Of a stretch of DNA of 46,098 nt, positions 1-9,390 are shown one piece after another. The notes under the pieces were generated by a model. The model had not been told where the DNA came from. It was given only the letters and a program-made list of their open reading frames with translations, and made no database searches. The position numbers were made by a program, and so were the translations under genes. Each line of letters starts with the position of its first letter. The first letter of the stretch is position 1. Source of the stretch: Clostridiales bacterium (GTDB taxonomy: Bacteria; Bacillota; Clostridia; HGM11327); NCBI GenBank assembly GCA_015056385.1, contig SVGI01000004.1, positions 1 through 46,098 on the forward strand, written 5' to 3'.

Positions 1-308
1 AAGTTTCCGGTGACTTCGTTGTTAGGAATACGAATCACGCGAAGTCCATATTCTTCCAGAAAAGCAGTACGGTCTGCATCGTTTTCCATCTCATCTATCT
101 CATAGTGTTGGGATCCGTCTAATTCAATGACAAGCTTTGCTTCCGCACTGTAAAAATCAGCGATATATTTACCAAGTACCTTCTGTCTGGAAAAGCGAAC
201 AGGATAGTAACGCAAAAAATCATACCATAGATGCCGTTCTTCCTTTGTCATTTCTCTTCGCAGATGTTTTGCCAGCGGAATCAACTGCTTGTTATACTTT
301 CTCTGCAT
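1..308 (-). CDS. DUF559 / Vsr-like PD-(D/E)xK endonuclease, 3' end truncated by the window edge
   Basis: Not in the ORF track; manual translation from ATG at 308: MQRKYNKQLIPLAKHLRREMTKEERHLWYDFLR...FSRQKVLGKYIADFYSAEAKLVIELDGSQHY...GLRVIRIPNNEV. LR..MT..E..LW, RQ, DFY, IELDG..H are DUF559 hallmarks. GGAGGG lies 6 nt upstream. Confidence 0.9.
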   Translation of the reverse strand, partial: MQRKYNKQLIPLAKHLRREMTKEERHLWYDFLRYYPVRFSRQKVLGKYIADFYSAEAKLVIELDGSQHYEIDEMENDADRTAFLEEYGLRVIRIPNNEVTGN

Positions 309-310
309 AA

Positions 311-364
311 CAATCCCTCCGTCACGGCTTCGCCGTGCCACCTCCCTTTACACAAGGGAGGCTT
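311..364. repeat. Double-hairpin palindromic (REP-like) intergenic element
   Basis: CAATCCCTCCGTCACGGCTTCGCCGTGCCACCTCCCTTTACACAAGGGAGGCTT: stem CACGGC/GCCGTG with a 3-nt loop, then stem CCTCCCTT/AAGGGAGG. Only one copy in the window, so repeat status is inferred. Confidence 0.6.
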
Positions 365-465
365 TAGTACGGTGCAAAACCGCACAATACACACTACACC
401 GAACAGTGTATAGAAGCGCCCCCTTATCCGTTCGGCAAAATACAATTTATCGGTCTATATGAGTT

Positions 466-494
466 ATTGTATCATGCGGCTGCAATATATACAA
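466..494 (-). promoter_or_regulatory. sigmaA-like promoter for the DUF559 gene
   Basis: Minus strand TTGTAT-17 bp-TACAAT with a TG extended -10. Confidence 0.55.
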
Positions 495-651
495 GAACAG
501 TCCCTGAAGGATTGCCTGCCGGGACTGGAACTGTTTTGTGTACACCCGCCATTTCGGAGCCTTTGTTTTTGCCTTTTGCCGTTGTCTTAAAAATACAGAG
601 AGATTTTATTGCGTTTAAGTACAGGCGCTGTAAAAAATATAGTGGAGGGTA

Positions 652-680
652 TTGTAATTCAATACAATATATGGTATACT
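652..680 (+). promoter_or_regulatory. sigmaA-like promoter for hpf
   Basis: TTGTAA (652-657)-17 bp-TATACT (675-680) with a TG extension. Confidence 0.6.
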
Positions 681-832
681 TAAGTTGAATCCAACAGTTA
701 TATTTGGGAAATATCTTAATGTTCCCAATTACGGAAGGCGGTGGTTGCCGTGGTATACTTTATCTAAAGCAGTGAACGAATAAATTACAATAGTTTGCTG
801 CTGTCTGAAAAATAGATAAGGAGAAAACTGTT

Positions 833-1363
833 ATGAAGATGAATTTTATCGTTAAAGGATTCAACCCCCAGAGTGATTTAGAAGGTCTCGCAAACAAGAA
901 GTATGCAAAACTCGACAGGTATTTTAAGACCGAGGTTGACGTTGAGCTCATATTGAAGTTTGTCCATATGGAATACGTTGCAGAAGCTACTATTGAATAT
1001 AGCGGCTACGTGTTCAGAGTTGCCGAAAAGAGTGCCGATCCATATAAAGCAATGAACAATGCTTTGGATAAAATGGAAAGGCAGATAATAAGGCAGAAGG
1101 ATAAATTTACTGATAAAAACCGTGGGATCATTGATGTGGACGAGGATATTGCAGAAATTGCTCCCGAGGATTCCATAGAGCATAAAATAGTAAAATTCAA
1201 AAAATTCACTATGAAGCCTATGACCCTGGATGAAGCGGTTTTGCAAATGGAAATGCTGGATCATTCCTTCTACGTATTCGTTAACGGCGATACATTTAAC
1301 GTTAACGTAGTGTATAAGAGGGGAGACGGAGACTACGGTCTTATCGAGCCTGATATCGAATAA
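833..1363 (+). CDS. hpf: Long ribosome hibernation promoting factor (HPF/RaiA/YvyD)
   Basis: KLDRYF, D.Y.A...LDKMERQI.R.K N-domain; C-terminal KPMTLDEAVLQMEMLDHSFYVF...VVYKRGDGDYGLIEP; AAGGAG RBS. Confidence 0.95.
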   Translation: MKMNFIVKGFNPQSDLEGLANKKYAKLDRYFKTEVDVELILKFVHMEYVAEATIEYSGYVFRVAEKSADPYKAMNNALDKMERQIIRQKDKFTDKNRGIIDVDEDIAEIAPEDSIEHKIVKFKKFTMKPMTLDEAVLQMEMLDHSFYVFVNGDTFNVNVVYKRGDGDYGLIEPDIE

Positions 1364-1406
1364 TCCTATGCCTTAAGCATATTGATATATAATATAGAAT
1401 AGCGTT

Positions 1407-1437
1407 AGCCGCTGTGGGATATCCTACAGCGGCTTTT
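1407..1437 (+). terminator. Intrinsic terminator of hpf
   Basis: AGCCGCTGTGGG-ATAT-CCTACAGCGGCT followed by T residues. Confidence 0.8.
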
Positions 1438-1469
1438 ACGTAAAAAAACGCAAAAAATAATAAAGAATA

Positions 1470-1498
1470 TTGACATTTATATAAAAATAAGATATATT
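1470..1498 (+). promoter_or_regulatory. sigmaA-like promoter for the NhaC-family gene
   Basis: TTGACA-17 bp-TATATT. Confidence 0.7.
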
Positions 1499-1569
1499 AT
1501 ACCGTATATTAACGTAAGTAGGCAGATCGTGTTATTTGCCTGTATCTCAAAAAATTAAGGAGAAAGTTT

Positions 1570-3159
1570 ATGGAAGGTACTTTTTGGGCGTTTGTCCCTG
1601 CGATAGTTGCAATCGTTCTTGCACTTATCACAAAGCAAGTGTACGTTTCTCTCTTTTTTGGTGTATTCGTTGGAGGTATGTTCCTTGCCGGCGGAAACCC
1701 CATTGAAGCAATTGGAACTGTTTACACAGTTATGAGCGAAAAGGTTGGCGGAAACGTTTCAATTCTCGTATTCCTTGTTGTTCTCGGTATTCTCGTTGTT
1801 CTTATGCAGAAATCAGGTGGCTCTTTGGCCTATGGTAAATGGGCTGCAAAGAGAATCCGTTCAGAGAAGGGAGCTCTTACAGCAACAGCAGCATTGGGCA
1901 GCCTTATTTTCGTTGACGACTACTTTAACTGCTTGACAGTTGGCTCTGTTATGAAGCCCTTAACAGATAAATATAGGGTTTCCCGTTCTAAACTGGCATG
2001 GATTATAGACTGTACTGCAGCGCCTATCTGCATTATAGCTCCCATTTCCTCATGGGCAGCAGCTGTTGCAGGTGAGCTTGAGGGCAACAGTCTTTCAGTT
2101 TTCATTTCCACTATCCCCTTCAACGTATATGCAATTCTTACAATCATTATGGTTTTTGCATTTGTACTTATGAAGCTTGATTTCGGTAAGATGCGTGAGC
2201 ATGAATACATAGCAAAAACAACAGGGGACCTTAACGCAGGGGCAACAGATCTTCCTGCAGAGGATGCGGCTGAATTTATTTCAAAGAACAAGCGCGCAAG
2301 GGTACAGTACCTTATTATACCTGTTATTATACTTATACTCTGCTGCATAGGCGGTATGATCTACGTTGGTTATTTTTATAACTGGGATACAGGCCTTCTC
2401 GGCAAGGAGCTTCAGTCCTCAAGCGTTATTGAAGCATTCAGTAACTGCGACGCAGGTCTGAGTCTTGCAATCGGTTCCACAGTTGCTCTTATTATCATTG
2501 CAGTATACTACATGATAATGAAGGCTCTTTCATTCAAGGAAATCACAGAGAGCTTTACAAGCGGCTTCAAGGCAATGGTTCCTGCAATTCTTATTCTTAC
2601 ATTTGCTTGGACACTTTCCGGCATTATGGGTGCAAAGGGCGGCTATCTTGATGCACAGGGCTTCGTTCAGACAACTCTTTCTGATATTAACCTTGCATGG
2701 TTGTTCCCGGCAGTGTTCTTTATACTTGCATGCGGTATTGCATTTGCTACGGGTACGTCATGGGGAACATTCGGCGTTCTTATTCCTATTGCAACAGCAA
2801 TCCTCGGAACACAGGTAAACACAATAACAATCCTTACAATTTCCGCAACATTGGGCGGCGCAGTTTTCGGCGACCACGTATCACCTATTTCAGATACAAC
2901 AATTCTTGCATCTGCAGGTGCTAACTGTAACCACGTTAACCACGTAAGAACACAGATGCCCTATGCAGGCTTGATTGCAGCAATCGCATTTGTTGCTTAC
3001 CTTGTAGGCGGTCTTACAACATCACTTGGCTCTGTTCTTTGCGGTGTTATCGTATGGGCTGTTGCTCTCGTGCTTTTCATTGGTGCTGTGCTTGTTATTA
3101 AAAAGAGAAACAAGAATAAGCCGGAGATTCCTACAATAGTTGTTGATGATAACGACTAA
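1570..3159 (+). CDS. Na+/H+ antiporter NhaC family transporter (substrate unknown; members include amino-acid transporters)
   Basis: IFVDDYFNCLTVG, PISSW, FATGTSWGTFG and GDHVSPISDTTILAS motifs; polytopic membrane protein. Confidence 0.9.
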   Translation: MEGTFWAFVPAIVAIVLALITKQVYVSLFFGVFVGGMFLAGGNPIEAIGTVYTVMSEKVGGNVSILVFLVVLGILVVLMQKSGGSLAYGKWAAKRIRSEKGALTATAALGSLIFVDDYFNCLTVGSVMKPLTDKYRVSRSKLAWIIDCTAAPICIIAPISSWAAAVAGELEGNSLSVFISTIPFNVYAILTIIMVFAFVLMKLDFGKMREHEYIAKTTGDLNAGATDLPAEDAAEFISKNKRARVQYLIIPVIILILCCIGGMIYVGYFYNWDTGLLGKELQSSSVIEAFSNCDAGLSLAIGSTVALIIIAVYYMIMKALSFKEITESFTSGFKAMVPAILILTFAWTLSGIMGAKGGYLDAQGFVQTTLSDINLAWLFPAVFFILACGIAFATGTSWGTFGVLIPIATAILGTQVNTITILTISATLGGAVFGDHVSPISDTTILASAGANCNHVNHVRTQMPYAGLIAAIAFVAYLVGGLTTSLGSVLCGVIVWAVALVLFIGAVLVIKKRNKNKPEIPTIVVDDND

Positions 3160-3196
3160 TCAAGAATCGGATAATATCTGAAAAAAGATAATACAC

Positions 3197-3232
3197 AAAA
3201 GGGTGTGCAAACTGCACACCCTTATTTTTTTT
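3197..3232. terminator. Probable bidirectional terminator between the NhaC gene and rodA
   Basis: AAGGGTGTGCA-AAC-TGCACACCCTT with flanking A- and T-tracts between convergent genes. Confidence 0.8.
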
Positions 3233-3236
3233 ACTT

Positions 3237-4445
3237 TTATTTAAGTGATATATCCAACGGTCCGCTGGCTACGTGATATTTGTTTTTCTCATCGGAGAAT
3301 ACGTCTGATTCGCGTCTTATTGCAACCGATGTAACAAGACCTATGGATATAAGATTTGTCCACATGGAGCTTCCTCCGTAGCTTAAGAAGGGAAGAGGAA
3401 TACCTGTAATAGGTGTAATGCCCATAGTCATACCTATATTTTCAAATATATGAGCTGCAAACATAGCGGCAACTCCCATACATATAAGCTTACCTATTTT
3501 ATCCTGAGAATGAAGGCCGATACGTATAATACGCCAAAGCATCAGCATAAAAAGCAATATTATTGCTACACCTGCAACAAGCCCCATTGCCTCTACTATA
3601 ACGGCAAATATAAAGTCTGTATGCTTTGCAGGAAGGTAATCCAGCTGGCTTAAGGTTGTCTCACCGAATATTCCCTTGCCGAAAAACTTACCTGAGCCAA
3701 CTGCAATAAGGGATTGGTTAAGATGATATCCTGCACCGAGAGGGTCAAGAGATGGGTCCAGGAAAACCAATATACGGTTTTTCTGTGCGTTGTTAAGTAT
3801 AAAATTCCATACCACAAGAGCGCCGCCGCCTATTACTGCGGCAGAAGGAATAACAAGCTTTAAGCTTATGCCTGATGCAAATACCATAAAAAGCGTGATA
3901 AACGCAATAACCATTGCAGTACCCATATCCGGCTGTATCATTATAAGCAGAAATGGTGGCGCGATTATGGCACCTAAAAGGAATAAATCACGCCAACGCC
4001 TTATTCCGTCTTCAAATCTTGGGGAGGAAAGGGCAGAGGCAAGGGCGAGTATAAGAATCGGCTTTGCAAATTCAGAGGGCTGAAACTTAAACGGTCCAAG
4101 CTGAAACCAGCTTGTTGCGCCGCCTGCAGACGTACCTAAAAAATAAACTGCTACAAGGGCTATCATTATTACCATATAAAAATACGGTATCCATGTTTTT
4201 AAGGACCTGTAATTGATTATTGCGGCAACCGCAGTAAGCACGCAGCCCGTAAGAAACCATATAAGGGCGAGAATGACGTACCTTAATTCAAAGGATTCAA
4301 GAGATTGAAGAAAGCCTATTTCGTCCTCTGCCGTAGGATTTTTCATTGCAACGCTTATGCCTATCAATCCAAAGCAAAACAGTACAAAAACAACGGAAAG
4401 AAGAAGAAAATCGATTTTTTTTGCGTATTTCCAGCGTTCGTTCAT
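3237..4445 (-). CDS. rodA: Rod shape-determining SEDS glycosyltransferase RodA
   Basis: FQPSEFAK, QPDMGTA, QSLIAVGSG, HTDFIF, GIPLPFLSYGGSS; follows mrdA. Confidence 0.93.
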   Translation of the reverse strand: MNERWKYAKKIDFLLLSVVFVLFCFGLIGISVAMKNPTAEDEIGFLQSLESFELRYVILALIWFLTGCVLTAVAAIINYRSLKTWIPYFYMVIMIALVAVYFLGTSAGGATSWFQLGPFKFQPSEFAKPILILALASALSSPRFEDGIRRWRDLFLLGAIIAPPFLLIMIQPDMGTAMVIAFITLFMVFASGISLKLVIPSAAVIGGGALVVWNFILNNAQKNRILVFLDPSLDPLGAGYHLNQSLIAVGSGKFFGKGIFGETTLSQLDYLPAKHTDFIFAVIVEAMGLVAGVAIILLFMLMLWRIIRIGLHSQDKIGKLICMGVAAMFAAHIFENIGMTMGITPITGIPLPFLSYGGSSMWTNLISIGLVTSVAIRRESDVFSDEKNKYHVASGPLDISLK

Positions 4446-4457
4446 TTAATCCTCTCC

Positions 4458-6869
4458 TTACGGCATAGCGTAGTCCGCTACGGTATCCGTTGCTGCATCC
4501 TCGTTTTGATAGTCAAAGTAGAGGTTTATTATTTTTAATGCCAAGGAGCTTGCGTTTGAAGAATTGTAAGCGTTGGGAAGCATTACGGATATAACAACCT
4601 CGGGATTATCATAGGGTGCGAAGCACGTAAACCACGCAGTATTATATTTTTTGTCTGTGCCAACAGTCTGGGCAGTACCTGTTTTTCCCGCAACTGTAAC
4701 GCCCCATTTTACCTGTGAGGGGAACGTTGAGCTTACAGAGCCGTTGCCGCCGCCGCTGTAGCTTTTATCGTTACATACCGCCCACATACCCTGCTTTACT
4801 GCATTAAGGTATGTTTCATATACGCCTGTTTCTGTATAGGTTACGGGTGTTTCGTATATTATGTTACCCTCGTTATCGGTGATATGCTTAATAAGGTGGC
4901 AATCCATTACCTTACCGCCGTTAGCTATTGTTGCAGTATAGCGCGCAAGGCCTATGGGGGTAAGCTGTACGTAAGCCTGGCCGATACCTGTTCGTACGGT
5001 ATCACCGGGCATCCAGTTTTTTCTGGGAACAAGAACGTCGTATATAATTGTTTCAACCATTTCCTGAAGCCCCTTTGTATCTGAAACGTTAGAGCCGGGT
5101 ATTCCGGAATCGGTAAAAAGCCCGTATTTGTTTACCAGGATATTGCGTACTGTGCTTTGTGATGTGTTTGCGGGAAGGGCCGAAAGCTCGTTTACAAGCT
5201 CTGATATAAGGGCGCTGTCTGTTTCATCGGTAATACAGCCTGCCTCGTTAAGATAATACCTTATCTCATATTTGATATTTGCGTATTCGTCTATGGATTT
5301 ACGCTCTCGGCTGCCTATAAAAGAGGATGTTTCCTCAATTTCAAGGCCTGTGGTTGAATTAAGACCGAAAATATCTGCCCATTTATTAAGGTCGTCTATA
5401 CCTATTCTTGAGGCTACCTCATAAAAATACATATCGCAGGAATGCTTAAGGGCGTTATAGAGATTTTCCCAGCCGTGATAGTTTGATACCCAGCAGGCAG
5501 GTGCATTTTCTGTACCGTACTTGGTGAAGCGTCTGTGGCAGTAAATTTCCTCGTTGATTTTAACCTCGTTTTCCATAAGGGCAACCAGGCCTACAAATGG
5601 CTTAAACGTGGAGCCCGGTGCATATCTTTCCTGGAATGCAAGGGCGGTAAGAGGCTTAAGAGGGTCTGAAAGAATAGCGTTGTAATCCTCTGTTGTAATG
5701 TAGGGGATGAAAATATTCGGGTCGTAGGAGGGGTAGTTTGCCATTGTAAGCACCTCACCGTTGTTAGGGTCAAGGATTACTACGGCACCCTTTTGTGCGT
5801 ATGGGGAATTGGAGGACTGGCTTATTTTATCAATATGCTCCTTCAAAAGGTCCTCAACCTCTGATTGAAGGCGGCTGTCTATTGTGGAAACAACGTTGTA
5901 TCCGTCTGAGGGCTTTACCTCCTCAACAATATTCGTTATTGAGCCAAGGCTGTCTATCTCACCAAGAATATAGCCTTTTTTATCTGACGTGGATGCGGTA
6001 AGGTATTCCTCTGCCGCTTTTTCGAGCCCGATTTTGCCTACAAGGTCGTTATCTATGTCGTATCCCGCTTTTTTGTAAATATCAACGTTATCGGATATTC
6101 TGCCCACATAGCCTAAAATATGCCCTGCAACGTCCTTTTGGGGATAATGGCGCATATTTTCTATTATTACCTCTATGCCGTCAAGGTCTGTTGCGGCCTC
6201 TACTGCCAGAATTGCTTCATAGGAAAGGTCCTGCGCTACGGTTATAGGAAGGTGCTTTTTATATCTGTAAAAATATACGTTCAGCCTTAAGGATATTATT
6301 CTTAAGGCATCCTCGTGAGATATATCGTCGCTTAAGGCGTATCTTTTGCGAAGCTGGCTGTATATTTCGTTTGCAGATACCTTTTTGCTTACGTTTATAT
6401 CCCTGTACCACGCGGACATTTTGGATGCCTGGGCGGATTCGGAAAGGTTTTCCCAGGTATAATAAAATTCGGCCTCGGATTTACCCGTTGCCTCGGAATA
6501 TACGTAGCGTACCTTAAGAGGAATGTCGGTTAAAAGAGTGTCTGCCTCATCCATATCGTCAAGTATATGAATGAAGGAAAGCAGGACATTGTTTACGTCC
6601 TTTGATTTTGATGGGAGAGTCTGAAGATTGAGTTGTACGGAATAGGAATACGTGTTTTCTGCAAGAACAACGCCGTTTCTGTCTAATATTTCCCCGCGGT
6701 TACCGGTAAGCACTCTGCTTACGGTTTTCTTACTTGATGAAAGCCCGTAATAATAATCTCCGTTCGTTACCGTGAGATTAAAAAGGCGCACAATCAGAAA
6801 CCCGCCGAAGGCAAGCAAAAGAAAGAAAAGTATTACAGAACGTATGTTTATTTTTTTCTCAGATTCCAT
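4458..6869 (-). CDS. mrdA: Class B penicillin-binding protein 2
   Basis: N-terminal TM, RGEILDRNG, RHYP, G..GLE; transpeptidase motifs GSTFK, SCD, KTGT; lies between mreD and rodA. Confidence 0.92.
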   Translation of the reverse strand: MESEKKINIRSVILFFLLLAFGGFLIVRLFNLTVTNGDYYYGLSSSKKTVSRVLTGNRGEILDRNGVVLAENTYSYSVQLNLQTLPSKSKDVNNVLLSFIHILDDMDEADTLLTDIPLKVRYVYSEATGKSEAEFYYTWENLSESAQASKMSAWYRDINVSKKVSANEIYSQLRKRYALSDDISHEDALRIISLRLNVYFYRYKKHLPITVAQDLSYEAILAVEAATDLDGIEVIIENMRHYPQKDVAGHILGYVGRISDNVDIYKKAGYDIDNDLVGKIGLEKAAEEYLTASTSDKKGYILGEIDSLGSITNIVEEVKPSDGYNVVSTIDSRLQSEVEDLLKEHIDKISQSSNSPYAQKGAVVILDPNNGEVLTMANYPSYDPNIFIPYITTEDYNAILSDPLKPLTALAFQERYAPGSTFKPFVGLVALMENEVKINEEIYCHRRFTKYGTENAPACWVSNYHGWENLYNALKHSCDMYFYEVASRIGIDDLNKWADIFGLNSTTGLEIEETSSFIGSRERKSIDEYANIKYEIRYYLNEAGCITDETDSALISELVNELSALPANTSQSTVRNILVNKYGLFTDSGIPGSNVSDTKGLQEMVETIIYDVLVPRKNWMPGDTVRTGIGQAYVQLTPIGLARYTATIANGGKVMDCHLIKHITDNEGNIIYETPVTYTETGVYETYLNAVKQGMWAVCNDKSYSGGGNGSVSSTFPSQVKWGVTVAGKTGTAQTVGTDKKYNTAWFTCFAPYDNPEVVISVMLPNAYNSSNASSLALKIINLYFDYQNEDAATDTVADYAMP

Positions 6870-6892
6870 TTGTATATATCAGTCTGCCACGG

Positions 6893-7411
6893 TTATTCGT
6901 TCATTGGCAGAATCCTTTGCGGTGTTGTCATCCACAATACGGGGTAATATAGAATTACCATTGAAATTGTGGTAGAAAAAGATGTTGTAAGTATTATAAG
7001 CATGTTATAAAAGTCGTATGAAAAGCTTTCAAAGCTGAAGGATACGATAAACGACTGTATTGCCGTAAAAATAACAGAGCCCAAAAACGTACATATAAGG
7101 CAAAAAACAATATGCCTTGTTAAAAATTTGAATATTATTCCCGCTATTACTCCAACAAGGGAATAGGCAATTATTGAAAGAAAAAGCCCCTGTGAATAAA
7201 GCATTCCGTATAAAAGGCCGGAAAGCATACCTGCGTAGAAGCCCTTAAGGTATCCGCCTAACGCCCCGCATAGGAAAACAAATGCGAAAACTGCGTTGGG
7301 GATGAACATTGAAAAAAATTCGGAATGGGAAAACAGCCTGGGGACAAATATACCCTGTACTGTGGATATAAATAGTGAGGACAGTATAAGGATAATCGTT
7401 TTTAATACCAT
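6893..7411 (-). CDS. mreD: Rod shape-determining protein MreD (diverged)
   Basis: 172-aa hydrophobic protein between mreC and mrdA, with a PN motif and G...G...GLL pattern. Confidence 0.75.
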   Translation of the reverse strand: MVLKTIILILSSLFISTVQGIFVPRLFSHSEFFSMFIPNAVFAFVFLCGALGGYLKGFYAGMLSGLLYGMLYSQGLFLSIIAYSLVGVIAGIIFKFLTRHIVFCLICTFLGSVIFTAIQSFIVSFSFESFSYDFYNMLIILTTSFSTTISMVILYYPVLWMTTPQRILPMNE

Positions 7412-7412
7412 A

Positions 7413-8282
7413 TTATTTGCCCTTCGAAACTATAATAACCTCCTCCACAGCAAGGAAATCTACGTTGCTTTCCACAACTGCGGTAAGATAGTTTGCGTTT
7501 CTGTTTTCACTTATACTTTTAATCTGCCCAACGTATACACCCTTGGGAATAAATTCATCATATCCCGAGGTTATAATAGCATCTCCCACCTGAATATCAC
7601 TGTCCAGCGGCAAATATTTGATGTAAATAAGGTTTTCACTGTAATACAGGGTTGAGTTTCCGCCTGCAATACCTATTACTCTGGATCTGGAATTCAATAC
7701 GCTTATTGCGCTTTCAGGAGATACAATGCACCTTACCTTGGACCACGTGCGGTGGCATTCTATAACGGTACCCATAAAGCCTGAGGGTGTAATAACGGCC
7801 ATACCAACGCTTACCTTATCCATTGTACCCTTGTTTACGGTAAGAATATTATATGTACCCGTGGAGGCGATTCCCGTAATCTGCGCATACCCTATTACCT
7901 CATCAAGCAGGGTGTCGTCAATATTCATAAGCTCCTTGAGCCTTTTATTTTCCTTGGCGTATTCGTCTAAAAGAGCCTGTTCTCTTTCCAGCTCCCAAAT
8001 GCGTTGCTTGAGAAGCTTGTTTTCCTCAAGTATACTTATGTGATCTGTAATTGCATTCCAATCGTTCTTTATTTTTTCAAAGGTGCTTGTAAAAAACGTG
8101 CTTACAGATGATGCCACGGTATTTACGGTGTCGGAGCAAAAATCTATTACACCTATATCATAGGTTGTGTCTACAAGTATAAATGAACCCAAAAGGGCAA
8201 ACAGTATCACAGCAATAATGATACCCTTGCCCTTGAGAATAATATTTTTTGCTTTTCCTTTTTTTCGAAAATACCTTGCCAT
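7413..8282 (-). CDS. mreC: Rod shape-determining protein MreC
   Basis: N-terminal TM, coiled coil EEN..LK...ENKRLKELM, NKG...V..GMAV, GD.IITSG...PKG..VG. Confidence 0.92.
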   Translation of the reverse strand: MARYFRKKGKAKNIILKGKGIIIAVILFALLGSFILVDTTYDIGVIDFCSDTVNTVASSVSTFFTSTFEKIKNDWNAITDHISILEENKLLKQRIWELEREQALLDEYAKENKRLKELMNIDDTLLDEVIGYAQITGIASTGTYNILTVNKGTMDKVSVGMAVITPSGFMGTVIECHRTWSKVRCIVSPESAISVLNSRSRVIGIAGGNSTLYYSENLIYIKYLPLDSDIQVGDAIITSGYDEFIPKGVYVGQIKSISENRNANYLTAVVESNVDFLAVEEVIIVSKGK

Positions 8283-8322
8283 GGTATGCTTCCTTTTTTA
8301 AGAACAGATACGCTTTTGAAAA

Positions 8323-9342
8323 TCAATCGTCGTTACTGTAAAATTTGAGATTTCTGAACTTTGCAGACTCCTCAACAATAGAGCCCAAGCCGTTTGCAAC
8401 ACAATCCAGGGGATTACTTGCAACTATTGATTTTATGCCTGTTTCCTTATAAAGAAGTGTATCAAGATTCTTAAGCATAGCGCCGCCGCCGGAAAGATAT
8501 ATGCCGTTTTCTGCAACGTCTGCAGCAAGCTCCGGGGGAGTAAGCTCAAGAGTGTTCTTTACGGAATCAACAATTGTCTGTACCTGCTCGGAAATAGCCT
8601 CTGCGATTTCATCGGAGCTTATTGTAAGGCTGTGGGGAAGGCCGCTTACCTGGTCAAGACCTCTTATAACCATTGTTTCTGCTTTACAGCCTGCGTCTGC
8701 TGATTTCATTGCGCTGCCGATAGTCATTTTAATCTTTTCAGCAGTTCTTTCACCTATAATCATGCTGTATTTTTTCTTAAGGTAGGTGATTATGGCCTCA
8801 TCCATTTTGTCGCCTGCGGCCCTTATACTGCAGCTTACAACAATACCGCCAAGGGACATAACGGCAACCTCTGTTGTACCGCCGCCGATATCAACAATCA
8901 TATTGCCCTGAGGCTCCATAATGTCAAGCCCTGCGCCGATAGCGGCGGCAATAGGCTCCTCAACAAGATATGCGGCGCGTGCACCTGCGTTGATGGCAGC
9001 CTCCTCTACGGCTCTGCTTTCAACCTTTGTAATGCCGTATGGAATACATACGAATATTGTGGGGCGGAGGGGGCCCACCTTTGCCTTTGATTTCTTAACG
9101 AAGTAGGAGAGTATTTCCTCTGTAACCTTGTAGTCTGCTATAACGCCGTCTCTCATAGGCCTTACAGCAACAACGTGGCCGGGAGTTTTACCTACCATGT
9201 TCTTTGCTTCCTCGCCTATGCTTACAAGTGAGCCCTTTGACGTATTGTATGCAACAACAGAGGGTTCTCTTAATATAATTCCTTTTCCTCTCATATAGAT
9301 GAGGATATTAGCTGTACCTAAGTCTATTCCTATAACCTTCAT
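8323..9342 (-). CDS. mreB: Actin-like rod shape protein MreB
   Basis: GIDLGTAN, EPSVVA, EEPIAAAIGAG, VDIGGGTTEVA, TPPELAAD. Confidence 0.96.
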   Translation of the reverse strand: MKVIGIDLGTANILIYMRGKGIILREPSVVAYNTSKGSLVSIGEEAKNMVGKTPGHVVAVRPMRDGVIADYKVTEEILSYFVKKSKAKVGPLRPTIFVCIPYGITKVESRAVEEAAINAGARAAYLVEEPIAAAIGAGLDIMEPQGNMIVDIGGGTTEVAVMSLGGIVVSCSIRAAGDKMDEAIITYLKKKYSMIIGERTAEKIKMTIGSAMKSADAGCKAETMVIRGLDQVSGLPHSLTISSDEIAEAISEQVQTIVDSVKNTLELTPPELAADVAENGIYLSGGGAMLKNLDTLLYKETGIKSIVASNPLDCVANGLGSIVEESAKFRNLKFYSNDD

Positions 9343-9390
9343 ACCTGTATAGCCCTCAATAAGGGCGTACCTCCTTAAACCTGATCAATA

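Noticed and set aside
436-449. Quasi-palindrome CAAAA-TACA-ATTTA as a possible cassette recombination site, with look-alikes near 35303 and 45793
   Set aside because: The other copies match poorly, such AT-rich words arise by chance, and there is no recombinase in the window.
231-688. Track ORFs 231..413 and 467..688 (+)
   Set aside because: The first is antisense to the DUF559 gene and reads through the palindromic element; the second spans promoters and hairpins. Neither has an RBS or recognisable motifs.
686-832. raiA-motif ncRNA upstream of hpf
   Set aside because: The leader is too short and AT-rich and I could not find the conserved segments of that RNA.
1500-1569. Lysine riboswitch before the NhaC-family gene
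   Set aside because: Only about 65 nt of leader with one small hairpin; too short for an L-box.
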